Source: Octopus bimaculoides
Lineage: Eukaryota
Direction: 5' to 3'
DNA: 64,000 nucleotides
NCBI RefSeq assembly: GCF_001194135.2
Contig: NC_068983.1
Location: 119,929,232-119,993,231, forward strand
Within the stretch, counting starts at the first letter, position 1, and each line of letters opens with the position of its first letter. The position numbers and the translations under genes were made by a program. Below are positions 14,002 through 27,003 of this stretch, in pieces. The notes under the pieces were generated by a model. It made no database searches, was not told the DNA's origin, and saw only the letters and a list, made by a program, of their open reading frames with translations.

Positions 14002-16179
14002 CTAGAAGAAAACACACAAATGAAAAAAGGGTATTTAAGTAGATGAAATAAATAACATGGCTAAGATAAAACATCTTGATTGAGTTAAATACAATTGTCT
14101 TAAGATAGAAGTATCTCACTGAGATAATTGTTCACAAAATCATTATGTTGTCTAAAAAGAAGAGGAAGTGTAATTAAAGTTTCTGGTTTAAACACTTGAA
14201 ATTTCATTTGCTTAAAATAATTTTTGTATTTTATACCTTAGTGGCTAAGGTCAAGCAACCAACAAGCAAATCTGTGGTATTGAGCAATCTGTCTAACATG
14301 TAATGAAAAATAAGTCAGTTTCAAAACATGGATGTTCAGGTCACAAAAGCAAAGTTTGAAGGGAATAGTAGTGATTTCCTTTGATTTCTGGATAGAAGCA
14401 AATGGGAAATAACACTTACAAAGACAAAAAAAATAATAAAAATTTTGTTACACAGTGTAATATTTGCAGGAACTATCAAATTGCTGAGATTGATGTTTTC
14501 TTTGAATTCTTACATAAGAGTGTCTACAGCAAAATAATGGTCAGGAGAGGATGTTTCTAATGATTTTCAGCTATGAAGAGAGGAAGCATATGGAGCTTTG
14601 AAAGGTGATATACAGTAAGGATGATAAGAAGAAGATGGTTGAGAAAATCAATTAAACTTGAAAAGACACTAAGTTCATCCTTCATAGTGGAAAGCAGATA
14701 TATCCACTCCAAATTTCCTCACCCTTAACTGTAGAAAATAATTTTATATACGATCTTCTATAGTTGAGAAATGTCATGTCTGAAACTATTTTCAGTTGAG
14801 ATATGTTGAGTTTACTGGGACAACATGACTCAATGAAAATACCAACTCTGTTTTTTGGTAGATATTTTTCATTACTGGTTTAACCATGAAATTTAATTTC
14901 ACAGTTAAAGGATTAAAGTGTGAATGATATTTTTTGAAAAGATTAGCACCACGACACCCATCTTGATGAGTTCTATCATATGAGGTAAAAAAAATTTTTA
15001 GGCATTACCACATTTTTCGGCACATTTGGCCCCAGTAGTTTTTTTTATATTTTAAAATGTTTTTTGATGTAATTGGCATCATCGGATTCCTCTAATGGAG
15101 ATCTATCAGAAAAGTTGAATTTAAATATAGTTTTCTTTCGAAATAAGAATAATATTTGGAGTCAAAGTTGATTTCAGGCGTCAATTCCCCCCCCCCCCTT
15201 TTTACCCCAGTGCTTGTTTTCTACTGAATATTTTTGCATATAAGTAACATGGATAGATTCTTCTTGCCAAGATCTATCATATAAGTTAAAATAAAATATA
15301 GATTTCTTTAAAAAAAAAAAATTTAGACTCAAAGTCAATTTCAGGCATTATTCTCCCGTTTTTGACTTTACATATTTTACTGAAACTTTTTCCTACTGAA
15401 GCAATTTTCAGATTTTGTAGCTGAAAATGCAGCTTAGGATGTGACCAATCTAAAAATGTAAACATCATCTAATTTGGTTAGAAACTGAATTAGTGGACAA
15501 AGCCTAGAAGTGCACAAGTGAGTAAATGTTGACCTTAAGAATATTATTCACACACTACCGTGTGTGTGAATCACACACACACACACACATGGTTCTTACT
15601 AATATTCATGCTACTTTTACCAAACCCACAAGTCTAACCTGGTTTTCAAACAACATATTTTCAGCAAGATCAGGGATAGAACTAATTCTGAATTTTTTAA
15701 GACTTCACAATAAATATTTCTGACATTTTTCCCAAGTTTTTCGTCACCCATTCACATACTTGTGGAATAGAAATCTTTTATATACTTGTATTTTTATTGC
15801 TCGTTTTGATAATACTCATTGTTATAAGATGCATATATTATGATAAACATCAAATATGTGACAAAAGATTTCAGACAAAGGACATTAAAATAAAAATAAT
15901 AATAAAGCTGAAGTGAAGAACAAGTATATATGTGGTTAACAAGTGTGTGGTTAACTGGCAAAAATATGACTCTCCACAAATAGAACAACATGTTTCAACA
16001 TACAATTTCATATCAGAAACCTTGCAAAAGAAATACATAAACATAGAAAAATAATTCTTTCTAATAAAAGTAAGTATAATAATGATAATGATGATGATGA
16101 TTAAGTAAATAATATTGCAGCATTATGGAGTTGGTAGTTTATGGTTCTATGTAAACATGAGCTTATCAGATATCTTTTA

Positions 16180-16550
16180 TTTTTCACTTGCTTCAGTCAT
16201 TAGACTGTAGCCATGCTGGGGCACCACCTAAAAGAATTTTTAGTTGAATGAATTAACCCCAGGATTTATTTTTTGTTAAGCCTGCTACTTATTCTATCAA
16301 TCTCTTTTGCCAAACTGCTAAGTTATAGGGACATAAACACACTACCACCAGTTGTCAAGCAGTGGTAGGAAACAAACACACACACACATATATATATTTG
16401 ATGAGCTTCTTTCAGTTTCTATCTACCAAATCCATTCACAAGGCTTTGGTTGGTCCTGAGGCTATAGTAAAAAACACTTGCCCAAGGTGCCACTCAGTGG
16501 GACTGAACTAGGAACCATGTGGTTGGGAAACAAGCTTCTTACCACACAGC
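16180..16550 (-). mobile_element. SINE family B (gctgtgtggtaagaagcttg... head, internal CA/TG tract, ...gactgaagcaagt tail)
   Basis: Similar copies at ~11020-11220, 22450-22790, 36010-36370 and 40820-41160. Confidence 0.75.
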
Positions 16551-17116
16551 TTTGGCCTTTGCCAATAGCTCATTTTGCATATAAAACCTGAGATTATTGT
16601 TAGAGATATTTTTTTTAAATAGGAAAAATGGGCCTTATATGCCAACAAATTCAGTACACAGAGGATTCAACAAGTTTTAATTTTCCTATCCTTATATGCT
16701 TTCAGGATTTCAGGCTAGACCTTGAAAACAACAGAAATTAGTAAGAAAAACCCACTAGGCATATACTAACCAAGGTTATTTATGTCCACTTTTTGTCAAA
16801 ATCATTCACATATCAAATATGTCACACCATTAGAGTCCTAACTCCATCACTAACTATACATGCCTTTCATGAGTTTATTGAACGACAAGATATTTCTTTA
16901 CAAAAAAAATTCAAATTTTTTTAAACTTTATATATTTTAAGTTGTCCAATAAAAGATTTGAAACATCTGTTATGGTTCTTGATGAAGCTGAGTGAAGTTC
17001 TTTTTTTTCTTCTTTAAGTTAAAAATTAAAAATGAGAAAGAGATAAACATACAAAATGATAAACTTATAATAAACATAACAAAGAAACCAAATATTAAGT
17101 ACTTTCAAAAACTCAC

Positions 17117-17587
17117 CATGACATTTTCTGAAGAATCTATATCCAGGTCATATAAAATCAATAGACTATGAGGTAAATAACGATGTACTGACTCCAGCAA
17201 GTCTATGACTTGTTTATATTGACCAGGCTCAACACCGCTAGCAATGACAGGTAAATTAACATTCTCCTTGCTAGGAAATCGTTCATCATCTTCTCGTCGA
17301 CTACTGCTGCCATCTCGAAAGCCAAGTAACTCTAAATACTCAGGATCAACATCATCCAACTCTTTTGCATGTTTGATGCTTGAAGGTAAATTCTTGATGC
17401 TGTTGATGTGTTTGTTTGTTTCTTTAACGATGGTTTGAAAATTAGGTGTTGGGTTACTCAGCAGCCAAATGGCCACTATAGTAGAAGCGGCAAAAAGAAT
17501 TACAAGATAGAAATTTTTCGTCTTCATGGGATCCAAAAGGAAACTTCCCTTTTTTGCATGAAGGCTATCAGATAATGGAAATTTCAT
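17117..17587 (-). CDS. DUF1647-like type II membrane protein, first coding exon (MKFPLS... or from ATG 17527 MKTKNFYLVILFAASTIVAIWLLS...SENVM)
   Basis: ORF with an N-terminal hydrophobic anchor, a stem region and a VIASG...LLESVHRYLP..LLILYDLDI motif typical of DUF1647. Acceptor ttttcttttctttttcAG at 17673-17672, so the exon starts at 17671; an in-frame upstream TGA fixes the start at 17587 or 17527. Donor ATG|GTGAGT at 17116, phase 0. Confidence 0.85.
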
Positions 17588-18082
17588 GAGTGCATTCAGT
17601 AATCCAAAAGGGAGAAAAAAAGCCAGTTCAGTGTTGAAGATAATTCATATTTTTGTCGTAGAAATAATCAGCTGAAAAAGAAAAGAAAATATTAATACAA
17701 TATCAATATTTATTTTGATATTAACAGATGAAGCATGGCTGTATGGTTAAGAAGTTTGCTTCCCAACCATGAAGCTAGGGGTTCAGTGTAGATTTAGCAG
17801 ATGAAAGCTGAAAGAAGCTTGTTGTATATAAATATTTGCATATCTGTGTGCATGTATGTGTTTGTGAAAGTGAGTTCGTATTTCCCTCTCATCTTCATAC
17901 ATATTTGCTGATTGCAAACAAGCACTTCACTGTTCACATAGACAGTGTCCTTTGCTTGCAATCTATTGTGAAACCATGTCCAGGCTTTTTGACTTGTGGC
18001 ATGATCTTTGTAAACAAAAGGCTCATTCAAAGTGTCATTTGTTGCAAATTCTCTATGCAGCCATGTCCAGACTGTTTGTTAC

Positions 18083-18529
18083 TTAACCCTTTAGCATTTA
18101 AACCAGCCATATCTGGCCAAAAGTATTCTGCCTGTTTTATGTCCAAATTGGCCAGATCTGGTCTCCCACACCAACCCTACAATGTTGTTCTAAAAATTAA
18201 ATGACCTCATCAAAATCTCAAAGCTACAAGATAATGCATAATTCAAAACAATGTAAATAAAGAAGTAATAGTTTTGGCAGAATAGTGTGAACACTAAAAG
18301 GTTAACCCTTTAGTATCCAAACTGGCCATATCTGGCCCAAATATTCATCCTGCTTTATGTTCAAACTAGCTAGATCTGACCTCTCACACCTGCCTTACAA
18401 TGTCATTCTAAAAATAAGCAATCGCATCACCAAAATCTCAAAGCTATGAGATAATATTTGATTAATTCAAAACAATGTGAGTAGATAAGCACCACATTTG
18501 ATAGAATAATCTGAATGCTAAAGGGTTAA
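18083..18529. mobile_element. Two tandem piggyBac-type MITEs sharing one TTAA
   Basis: TTAA(18083-86) CCCTTTAG...CTAAAAGG TTAA(18302-05) CCTTTAG...CTAAAGGG TTAA(18526-29); interiors similar but diverged. Confidence 0.75.
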
Positions 18530-20045
18530 TAGATAGAGCAATTATTTTCTTGCTTGGAAATAAAGGATGGGGGTGCCAGTAAGGACATCTGGCCACAGAA
18601 ACTCTGCCCTAATGTACTCTTGCCTGTCACATTCAAGCACAGAAAAGTAGATGATAAAATGAAGACGCAGTATGACTACAACTGAATGACTGAAATTATC
18701 AGTAGATAGCAGAAAAACTTTCTCAGACATCTGGTATGTATTCCCAACAGTTAGTAATCTTATGCATGTAGAATAAAGGGTTATGAGCGGTTAGTCTACC
18801 TATACAATCAAGATAATTGATGCTCTAAAAATATTACGCTTCTAAGCAGATGATATATTTAAAAGTATTTATTCTGACAGTTTTAAATGCAAATATCCAA
18901 ATTTCTAAATTGTGTCACATTCTTTCAGGGATTATTTTTCTTTTTAATCTTGAGAAAACAGAAGAAAATTAAAATATAAGATCACATTGTTTCAAACAAA
19001 ACTAATATTAATGTTGATTTTTCTTTGAACAAATATAACATAGCTATTTTAAAACATGTAGCATTGAAACTGAAAGAATGGACAATGAAAATGCAAAACA
19101 TTCTTGTCTTTTAGAAAAGCTGAATCAAATTTATGGTAATATACCCAATTTCTAAGCACAACAGTTCAACCATTCATAACAGATTCTAGAGATAAACACA
19201 ATGAAATCAGTCTTAAAAAAAGCTATCTCCAGTTCCTAAATCTACATCTAAGTAATAGTGATAAAATCTATAATCAAGGGCTAGTCATCAAAGTCATCTA
19301 AATAAATATCAGACAGCTAATAAATATCACTATCATTTTTAACATTCACTTTTCCATACTAACCCTCACCGATTTCCAAGCAAAGTAATATCTCCCTTGG
19401 TCAATCAAAAAAGAATAGCCTGGACATGCTTCCATCGAGAATTGGAAACATATGACAGTCTGTATGAATGGTGAGTATTTTAGTTTTCAATCAGTGTGCA
19501 CATGTCAAAACAAATGGAACACATACACACAGACATATATATATATATATCTTGATAATACTAAAATTCTAGAGATGTTTGTGTGTACCCGAAATATCTA
19601 AGAAATAGTATATTTTATCTTAATTTGTTTTTGCATATTTATTTTCATACTTGCCTTCAGTAGTGCAGTACAAATTTTTGTGATATTTGGGACTATTTAT
19701 TAAGGAAAACGATAAACACAATTTTTGCTGTGATGTCAACACGCATACACACAATACAGAACACACACACATATAATGAATGTCATGGCATGTTAATCAA
19801 TACAAACACACATCTATTATCTGTGACATATACACACACATAGTCTTCGACTTGCTAAGAAAAGAAAACATCAACTTTTTAACGTACACAATATTTTAAT
19901 CATTAGAAATATTTTAAACTGAATGTGATTTCAAAAATGTAAGTTGTTTGTACAGTAAGTATTTATATTTTAGTTTTCTTTAAACAGACATTACTTTAAT
20001 GCTTTTTTTAAAACTATTTTCAAGTGAATGGTGATCTTTTGCTTA

Positions 20046-21273
20046 TCATCCGGAGTTCGTTAATTTCCGTAAAAAAATTTGATTTATTTACTTTTGTTTT
20101 AAAGAGAAAGTGAAAGATGTATGTACATGTATATGAAATGGATGTGTGAGTGTGAAAGAGAGAGAGAGTATGTGAAGGGGTGTGTCATCATGTATACGTA
20201 CATACATCTACTACATATGTAGGAAATTCTGTCTGTGGATGTGTTTGTGGAGTTGTTAGCTAACTCCTACATCGTTTTATCGATTTTGGTGAAACTTGAC
20301 ATGAGTAGAACTCATGTTTGGAAACCTCATGAGATACTCAGATTGTTGAAAAAAAATCGATAATAGGATCCTTATATACATCTAATATATTTCATTTTCA
20401 CAGCCAAGGGAAATAACCCATTCAGCCAGATTTTAACAGCCAAAGGAAATAACCCATTCATTTTCCTAAATCATTTGGTATAAATCAAACTGAGTATGCT
20501 TATTTCGTCGTATTTGAACTGTTAGAGTTATTTTCGCAATTTATCCAGTACAACCCTTAAACAAGTAAATAATATTTCCTAAACAATAGATCCATTTATT
20601 TCGGTTAGTGACTTATTCATGAATATACCAACACTAGCACTGCTGAGGGTAATATTCTCTGGGAACGCACAAAAGCCCTTTTCAGAGTTATTTACTTTGA
20701 ATTGTTATCTCAAATCCGATTGGCCTGTTATTACATAACATGCTTCATGATTTTAGTATACATACCTTATTAATATTTCCTCCTAAGTTCTATATACTCT
20801 GAGAATGTATTAAAGCCCTTTTCGGGGCTACTTTATTTGAATTCTTACTATCGAGTAACTAATTTCATGTTATTACATAACTGACTTCACAATTTGGGTG
20901 TTCATAACTTATTGGGAATTCCTAAAAACAAGATCCTGTGTAAGATAGTTTGGTATTCTCTGTAAATGCACGAAAATTGTTTTAAGGGTTACATACTTTG
21001 TATTGTTGTTATTGGATTAGTGAAACAAATTATGAGAACAGAACCAAGGGATAAGTCCCGCTTTCCCGGGAATTACTGGGTACGTCAGCATATGTGTGTG
21101 TGAGAGAGAGATTGAGTGAGTGAACGTGTGTGTTCTCATGTATGTTTAAGTGGCACTCTCTCTCTCTCTCACTCTTACACACACACATCCATACATCTTT
21201 CACTTTAAAACAAAAGTGAATAAATAAAAATTCTTTATGGAAATTAACGAACAAAACCAGTTGATCCGGATGA
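20046..21273. mobile_element. Non-autonomous element bounded by long imperfect inverted repeats
   Basis: tcatccgga...gttcgttaatttccg...ttttgttttaaag...gatgtatg...(ga)n at 20046-20170 is the reverse complement of ~21150-21273; internal short direct repeats; no TSD found. Confidence 0.65.
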
Positions 21274-21359
21274 CATTTCTGAGAGTCAAAGTGAAAGATT
21301 GCCCCAAGGAAATATCATTACAAAGCATTTTTCAAGAGCATTCAGCATTTCTCAGCTCC

Positions 21360-21477
21360 AAGGATTTGACTGCTGTTTCTAGCACGCTCTGCTACCATGT
21401 AAAGCTATTTGCGATAAAGGACCCAAAATACCTGTTATGTGGTAGCAGGGCGTACAAGAAATAGCAGTCAAATCTTT
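21360..21477. repeat. Imperfect inverted repeat (43-bp stem, 32-nt loop)
   Basis: 21360-21402 pairs with 21435-21477; checked base by base: 36 Watson-Crick pairs and 7 non-WC positions. Confidence 0.95.
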
Positions 21478-21544
21478 CCTTTTCTGGAGAAAGGAGCAGT
21501 TTACGCGTGATTTCGATGTCACATTCGTTGAAAGTATGCGAAAC
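21432..21544 (-). other. Candidate non-coding (5'UTR) exon in the upstream intron of the DUF1647-like gene
   Basis: Acceptor tgtttttcttttgcAG at 21546-21545 and donor CAG|GTATTT at 21431; 113 nt of unique, CpG-containing sequence with an ATG-TGA start-stop. Confidence 0.4.
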
Positions 21545-23389
21545 CTGCAAAAGAAAAACAACCCATGAAACAAAATTCCGTTGCTGGGAAACTCAAACTT
21601 TCCAGGTGAACCAATGGGTCACTAGTAGTCTAATCTAGTATATATATATATATNNNNNNNNNNNNNNNNNNNNNNNNNNNNNNNNNNNNNNNNNNNNNNN
21701 NNNNNNNNNNNNNNNNNNNNNNNNNNNNNNNNNNNNNNNNNNNNNNNNNNNNNNNNNNNNNNNNNNNNNNNNNNNNNNNNNNNNNNNNNNNNNNNNNNNN
21801 NNNNNNNNNNNNNNNNNNNNNNNNNNNNNNNNNNNNNNNNNNNNNNNNNNNNNNNNNNNNNNNNNNNNNNNNNNNNCCATATAGAAGGAATGAGCCTGTG
21901 TTTGAGACTAAAAATCCTGCCTCTGCGATGGATTGCCTTTTGGTACTAACAATGCTTCTGTTGCTAATAATTATATATACACACACACACATCAAAGCAG
22001 ACATAGCCAATACCGGTGCCATGTAAAAGACACCCGTTCCAACCTATAAAGTAGTTGGTGTTAGGAAGGGCATCCAACCATAAAAACCATGCCAAAGCAG
22101 ACCTTGTCAATGCTGGTGATAAGTAAAAAGCACCCAGTCCACACTGTAAAGTGACTGGTGTTAAGAAGAGCATCCAGCCGTAAAAACCATACCAAAGTAG
22201 ACAGTGGAGCTTGGTGCAGTCCTCTGCTTTACCAGCTCCTGTCTAACCTTCCAGCATCTGTCAGCATAGAAGACAGACATAGAAGATGATGATCATCATC
22301 ATATATGTGCGTGTGTATACACACACACACACACACACAATGTATGTATTTGTTTCTTTGTGCTTGTTTCACACTAATCAAGCAGAGTGAGTTTGTCTAT
22401 GTCCCATACCATTCAGCTAAAAGAAACCAATGGAACAAGTAAAAAAATAAGTTCCACTGCGTGGCACCTTGGGCAAGTGTCTTCTACTATAGCCTCAGGC
22501 CGACCAAAGCCTTGTGAGTGGATTTGGTAGACAGATACTGAAAGAAGCCCGCTGTATCCGTGTGTGTGTGTGTGTGAGTGCATATTTGTGTGTCTGTATT
22601 TGTACCCCCCAACATCGCTTGCCAACCAATGCTGGTGTGTTTACATCCCTGTAACTTAGCGGTTTGGCAAAAGAGACTGATAGAATAAGTACTAGGCTTA
22701 CAAAGACTAAGTCCTGGGGTCAATTTGCTCGACTAAAGATGGTGCTCCAGTATGGCCGCAGTCAAATGACAAACAAGTAAAAGAATATGAATAGCAACAT
22801 ATAAAATAAAAGTAAGATTCATTTCACACTCAATCTATTTACTTTTGCTCTCAGTCCACCAACATTCTCTTTCAACTACAATTCCTGCTCCACTGTATCA
22901 TGCCCAATCCTATAAAATGCACTTAATTCTCCAACTTCAACTTATCATACATACTGTTTCTCACATGCCTGGCACCATTCCAAATATATTCACCTGATCC
23001 TTCCATCCCCAAATTACAAAACCTCTCAAATTCTTATTACTTTTTTGTCCCCACTAACAAACAACCTGTAAAAGCAGAAGCTAAACATCAAATGCATCAA
23101 AACTAACTAATTTATGTTCTAAGTTCACATTCTGCCAGGGCCACCATCAACTTATCTACTTCCAAAGCCAATAAAATATCAATAATATACTAGGGTCAGT
23201 CCAAATTGAGTTACTGCCAGAACATGCAAAGGTAATGGGAACTGTTTTCTCAAACTAAATAAAGTATGTATGTATATTTGGTTGTTGAGAAAGTTCTGAG
23301 CATTTTTAAGCTAAATCTTTTAACGCTTCATTGAACACACCTGAAACATAACAAAGTTAAAATTTTGGCACTGCTTGAAGTGATAGTGC

Positions 23390-23765
23390 ATCTCTTCTTT
23401 GTTCCGATTACTTTTTATTGACATTTGAAATAGATAACCAGAAGTTTCATATATGTGTTGTAATGCTTTTCTTTTTCAAAAAAAGAAGAAAATGTTGCAA
23501 AGACTTGCAAAAACATTTGTGAAGTTTATCATGATGATGTTGTAGGTGGATCAACTGTTCAAAGGTGGTTTGCAAAATTTAAAGCTGGAGAGTTTAGCTT
23601 GGAAGATGACTGTGGTTTTCGATTGGCTAAAATTATCCAAAATTTCCAAACTTTAAAAGCTATTAACAGTCTATTTATTGATTAATGGTGAAAATGAATT
23701 TCATGTCAATAATTACCATACAAAAAGTACATCAACACACCAAATATGAAATCAATTGGAACAAA
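23390..23765 (+). mobile_element. mariner remnant
   Basis: TCKNICEVYHDDVVGGSTVQRWFAKFKAGEFSLED, the mariner N-terminal HTH, at ~23500-23610. Confidence 0.75.
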
Positions 23766-23863
23766 ATTGAAGAAATTGAAAAGTAGCAGCCAAACAGGAC
23801 TGAACCTGGAACTACGTGGTTAGGAAGCACACTTCTTACCACACAGCCATGCCTACACCTATT

Positions 23864-23903
<40 letters not shown>

Positions 23904-26679
23904 TGTCTACAAAAAGAACATTAAAGTTAAAGAGTACTGACAAATATAATATTCCCAACTACACCAATCACCTTAAGAAGTTTGGTTTGGAATTTGTCAA
24001 TAAAATTTGAAGCTAATTACAAACACTCCAGATGCCACCAGTAGCTCTAAATAGATTGGTACAGGTAGATAAAAGCAAAGAGAGCTGGAGTAAGGAAGAG
24101 TTTCTTCTTTTCTTTACTTGATTGATAGTTGGCAAATATAATTAATTAAATGGTAGAAAATAGAAATGTATGGTGATGGTAGTGGGTCTCTAAATATAAT
24201 CAATAGTGTTTTTTCTAAATCTAACAGATGAGTGATTTATAAACGAGTCAGTAAAACTGCAATTTCCTACTACATTGAACAGGTGACTGAGCATGAAATG
24301 CAGTCACAGCCATTTCAAGATCATAAATTAATTAATGGCAAACTGATTGTAGTTACCTAGAAATTTTTTAAAAAATACAAATTTAGAGACATTATTATTA
24401 GTAGATTTTAGGGTCTTCATTCAATCTGAAATCCTAACACAAATTGGATAGGGAAAGAGATTTCTTACCTGACAAGTACCCAGGTATCAGATAGGAGAAT
24501 GGCCTCCAGATATAGGAGTTTATGGCGAACATGAAAATAGGCCTTAATGAACCTCTTATGAAGTGCTCTTTATCAAGGCCAAACACCTTGCAACATCCAG
24601 CCTAGAGTTAGAGGTGAAGCCATGGGAAGCAGCATGGTGGCTGTGCAGTTTTGGTGAAGGAGTCATCCACTAACCAACAGTGATACACGATGCAAGGTCC
24701 CCAAATTTCAAACGGCTAATGTCTATAGACCAGGTGACCATAGACATAATTAACCAATAAAAGATTTCAGAGACTCAAATCCAAGTAAGTTTGACCAGGT
24801 GATTACTAGATTGAATTAACTGCTGAGAATTTAAATGCAAAAAAAGTGTTAGACATAATCAATTTGAGTCAGAAAAGAGCAACAACAGGTTCACTGACAG
24901 GATTCAACACAGTGTATCTACCACTCAATAGGTGCATTGTGTACCACTCCACCTCATCAAAATATATACTAAAACGTTTCCTGCTATTTGTAACAACTGT
25001 TTCATCTCAGTATGGCTCTTTATATTCATTATCATCATTTAACGTCTGTTTTCCATGCTAGCATCGGTTAGATGGTTTGACTGGAGATGGTAAGCCAGAG
25101 AGCTGCACTAGGCTCCAGTCTCTTTCGGCTGGATTTCTATGGCTGCATGCCCTTCCTAATGCCAACCACTCCACAGTCTTTTACCAGTCGCCAGCATGGA
25201 TGCCTTTAACATGTCACCTACTTAGGTGCTTTTCGTATGTCACTGGCACTGGGCCACAACTATGATTTCAATTAACTTGACACGTCTTCTCAAGCATAGG
25301 AATTTGCCAGAAGTCCCAATCACTTGTCATTGCCTCCATAAGACTCAACATCTGAAGATCACATTTCACCACCTCGTCCACTGAGTTCAAATTCTACTGA
25401 GGCCAAAAAAGATAAGTACAGCAGTTGATTTAATCCACCACCACCCCAAACATCAGGCCTTGTGCCTATATCAGGAACAATTATCTATTTATANNNNNNN
25501 NNNNNNNNNNNNNNNNNNNNNNNNNNNNNNNNNNNNNNNNNNNNNNNNNNNNNNNNNNNNNNNNNNNNNNNNNNNNNNNNNNNNNNNNNNNNNNNNNNNN
25601 NNNNNNNNNNNNNNNNNNNNNNNNNNNNNNNNNNNNNNNNNNNNNNNNNNNNNNNNNNNNNNNNNNNNNNNNNNNNNNNNNNNNNNNNNNNNNNNNNNNN
25701 NNNNNNNNNNNNNNNNNTACACACATATATGTACACACACACACTAGTATCTTCCTACCTACCTTTTGTATCCAAACTACAGAACAAGACTGAAGATACA
25801 AAATTTTCATTATATTTTAAAACAACTGACTCGTAAACTGCAGAATGAAATTGGAGATATTAGAGATGTTCCAATAAGAAATATCTAATTCAATTGGAGA
25901 TATTTCAAATTAAGTGTGTGTGTGTGTGTGTGTGATTGTTAACCAAGAGGAGAGTGGAGATTTATTCATATCTAAAACTTTTTTATAAAATGTTTTCTTC
26001 AGTATATATATAAGAATGACCAACATGTTTCTACTGCAGCAACTGCACATTGCTCTGTATGCAATTATGCATCCTAGTAGCTGCAATTTCATCAAGGGTC
26101 CATCACTTACTACATTTTCAAAGTGAACTAATCCAAACAAGCATATACACAGGGTGGAATGGGTAAATTGTCACCATTTTATATTTCTAATTTCATGCAT
26201 TGTTTGTGTTTGATTTTGTCAACTACACAGTATAGTAGGGTCAGCTGGGCACCGTCTGTGAGAAAAACAACACCATGATGCAACTCACACTGCTGTATTT
26301 GATGTCGTTGTTATTGCTGGTGATGGTGGTGCTGCTGCTGTTCTGTTTGTGTCTCTGTTGCTGCTACTATTGGTACTGTCAACCCTGCTACTGTAGTAGC
26401 TGTTGGGGAAGCTGCTGATGTTGCTGCTGCTATTAGGGTCAGCTAGCATCTCAGCTTCAATGACAGCAATGGCAGTATCCCTAATGGAAATAGCAGCAGA
26501 GCCATCACCAATGATATCTATAACAGCAATGACAGCACCACCATCAACAATGATGACCCTAAAAACAACAGCACCATTACCAACACCAATAGTAATGGCA
26601 ATAACATCATCACCACCTCCAATGATGCCAACACCAACAACAGCAGTAGCACCAACAGATACTGTCAGCACCTGAGCAC

Positions 26680-27003
26680 GGAGATAGATTGGTTGCTCCA
26701 GTAACGCATTCAAGCAACACTCCTCCAACCACAGGTCCTCATTCAGGATACTGGAAATGAGATACGTTACATCATTAGCCAACCATGTATGGCAGCTGAA
26801 GGACAATGGGATTCCACACACAATAATGGAGAATCTTAGAAAATCCAAGACCCTACATAAATGGGACCAAGCATTGTAAACTGTGCACAGTGGAACAAGC
26901 AAGGATACTAAAGGACTCACTCGACCTGGGGAACATCCTTAACTCTAGAACAGAGGTCTTCAGATTGTGCTTGCATTTCAGGAAATTCCTTCTGGCCTAT
27001 TAA
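26680..27003 (+). pseudogene. Penelope-like element GIY-YIG endonuclease remnant 1
   Basis: Manual translation: *IGCSSNAFKQHSSNHRSSFR...TSLANHVWQLKDNGIP, then by frameshift PYINGTKHCKLCTVEQARIL...ILNSRTEVFRLCLHFRKFLLAY*. Matches the YIG...RY.NH..SF...W.LK...PY...C.LC...LN.R.E...C.H pattern of PLE endonucleases. Confidence 0.8.

Noticed and set aside
26285-26920. 211-aa minus-strand ORF and 90-aa mucin-like plus-strand ORF
   Set aside because: Both arise from a stop-poor triplet tract plus the antisense of a Penelope endonuclease remnant; no splice support.
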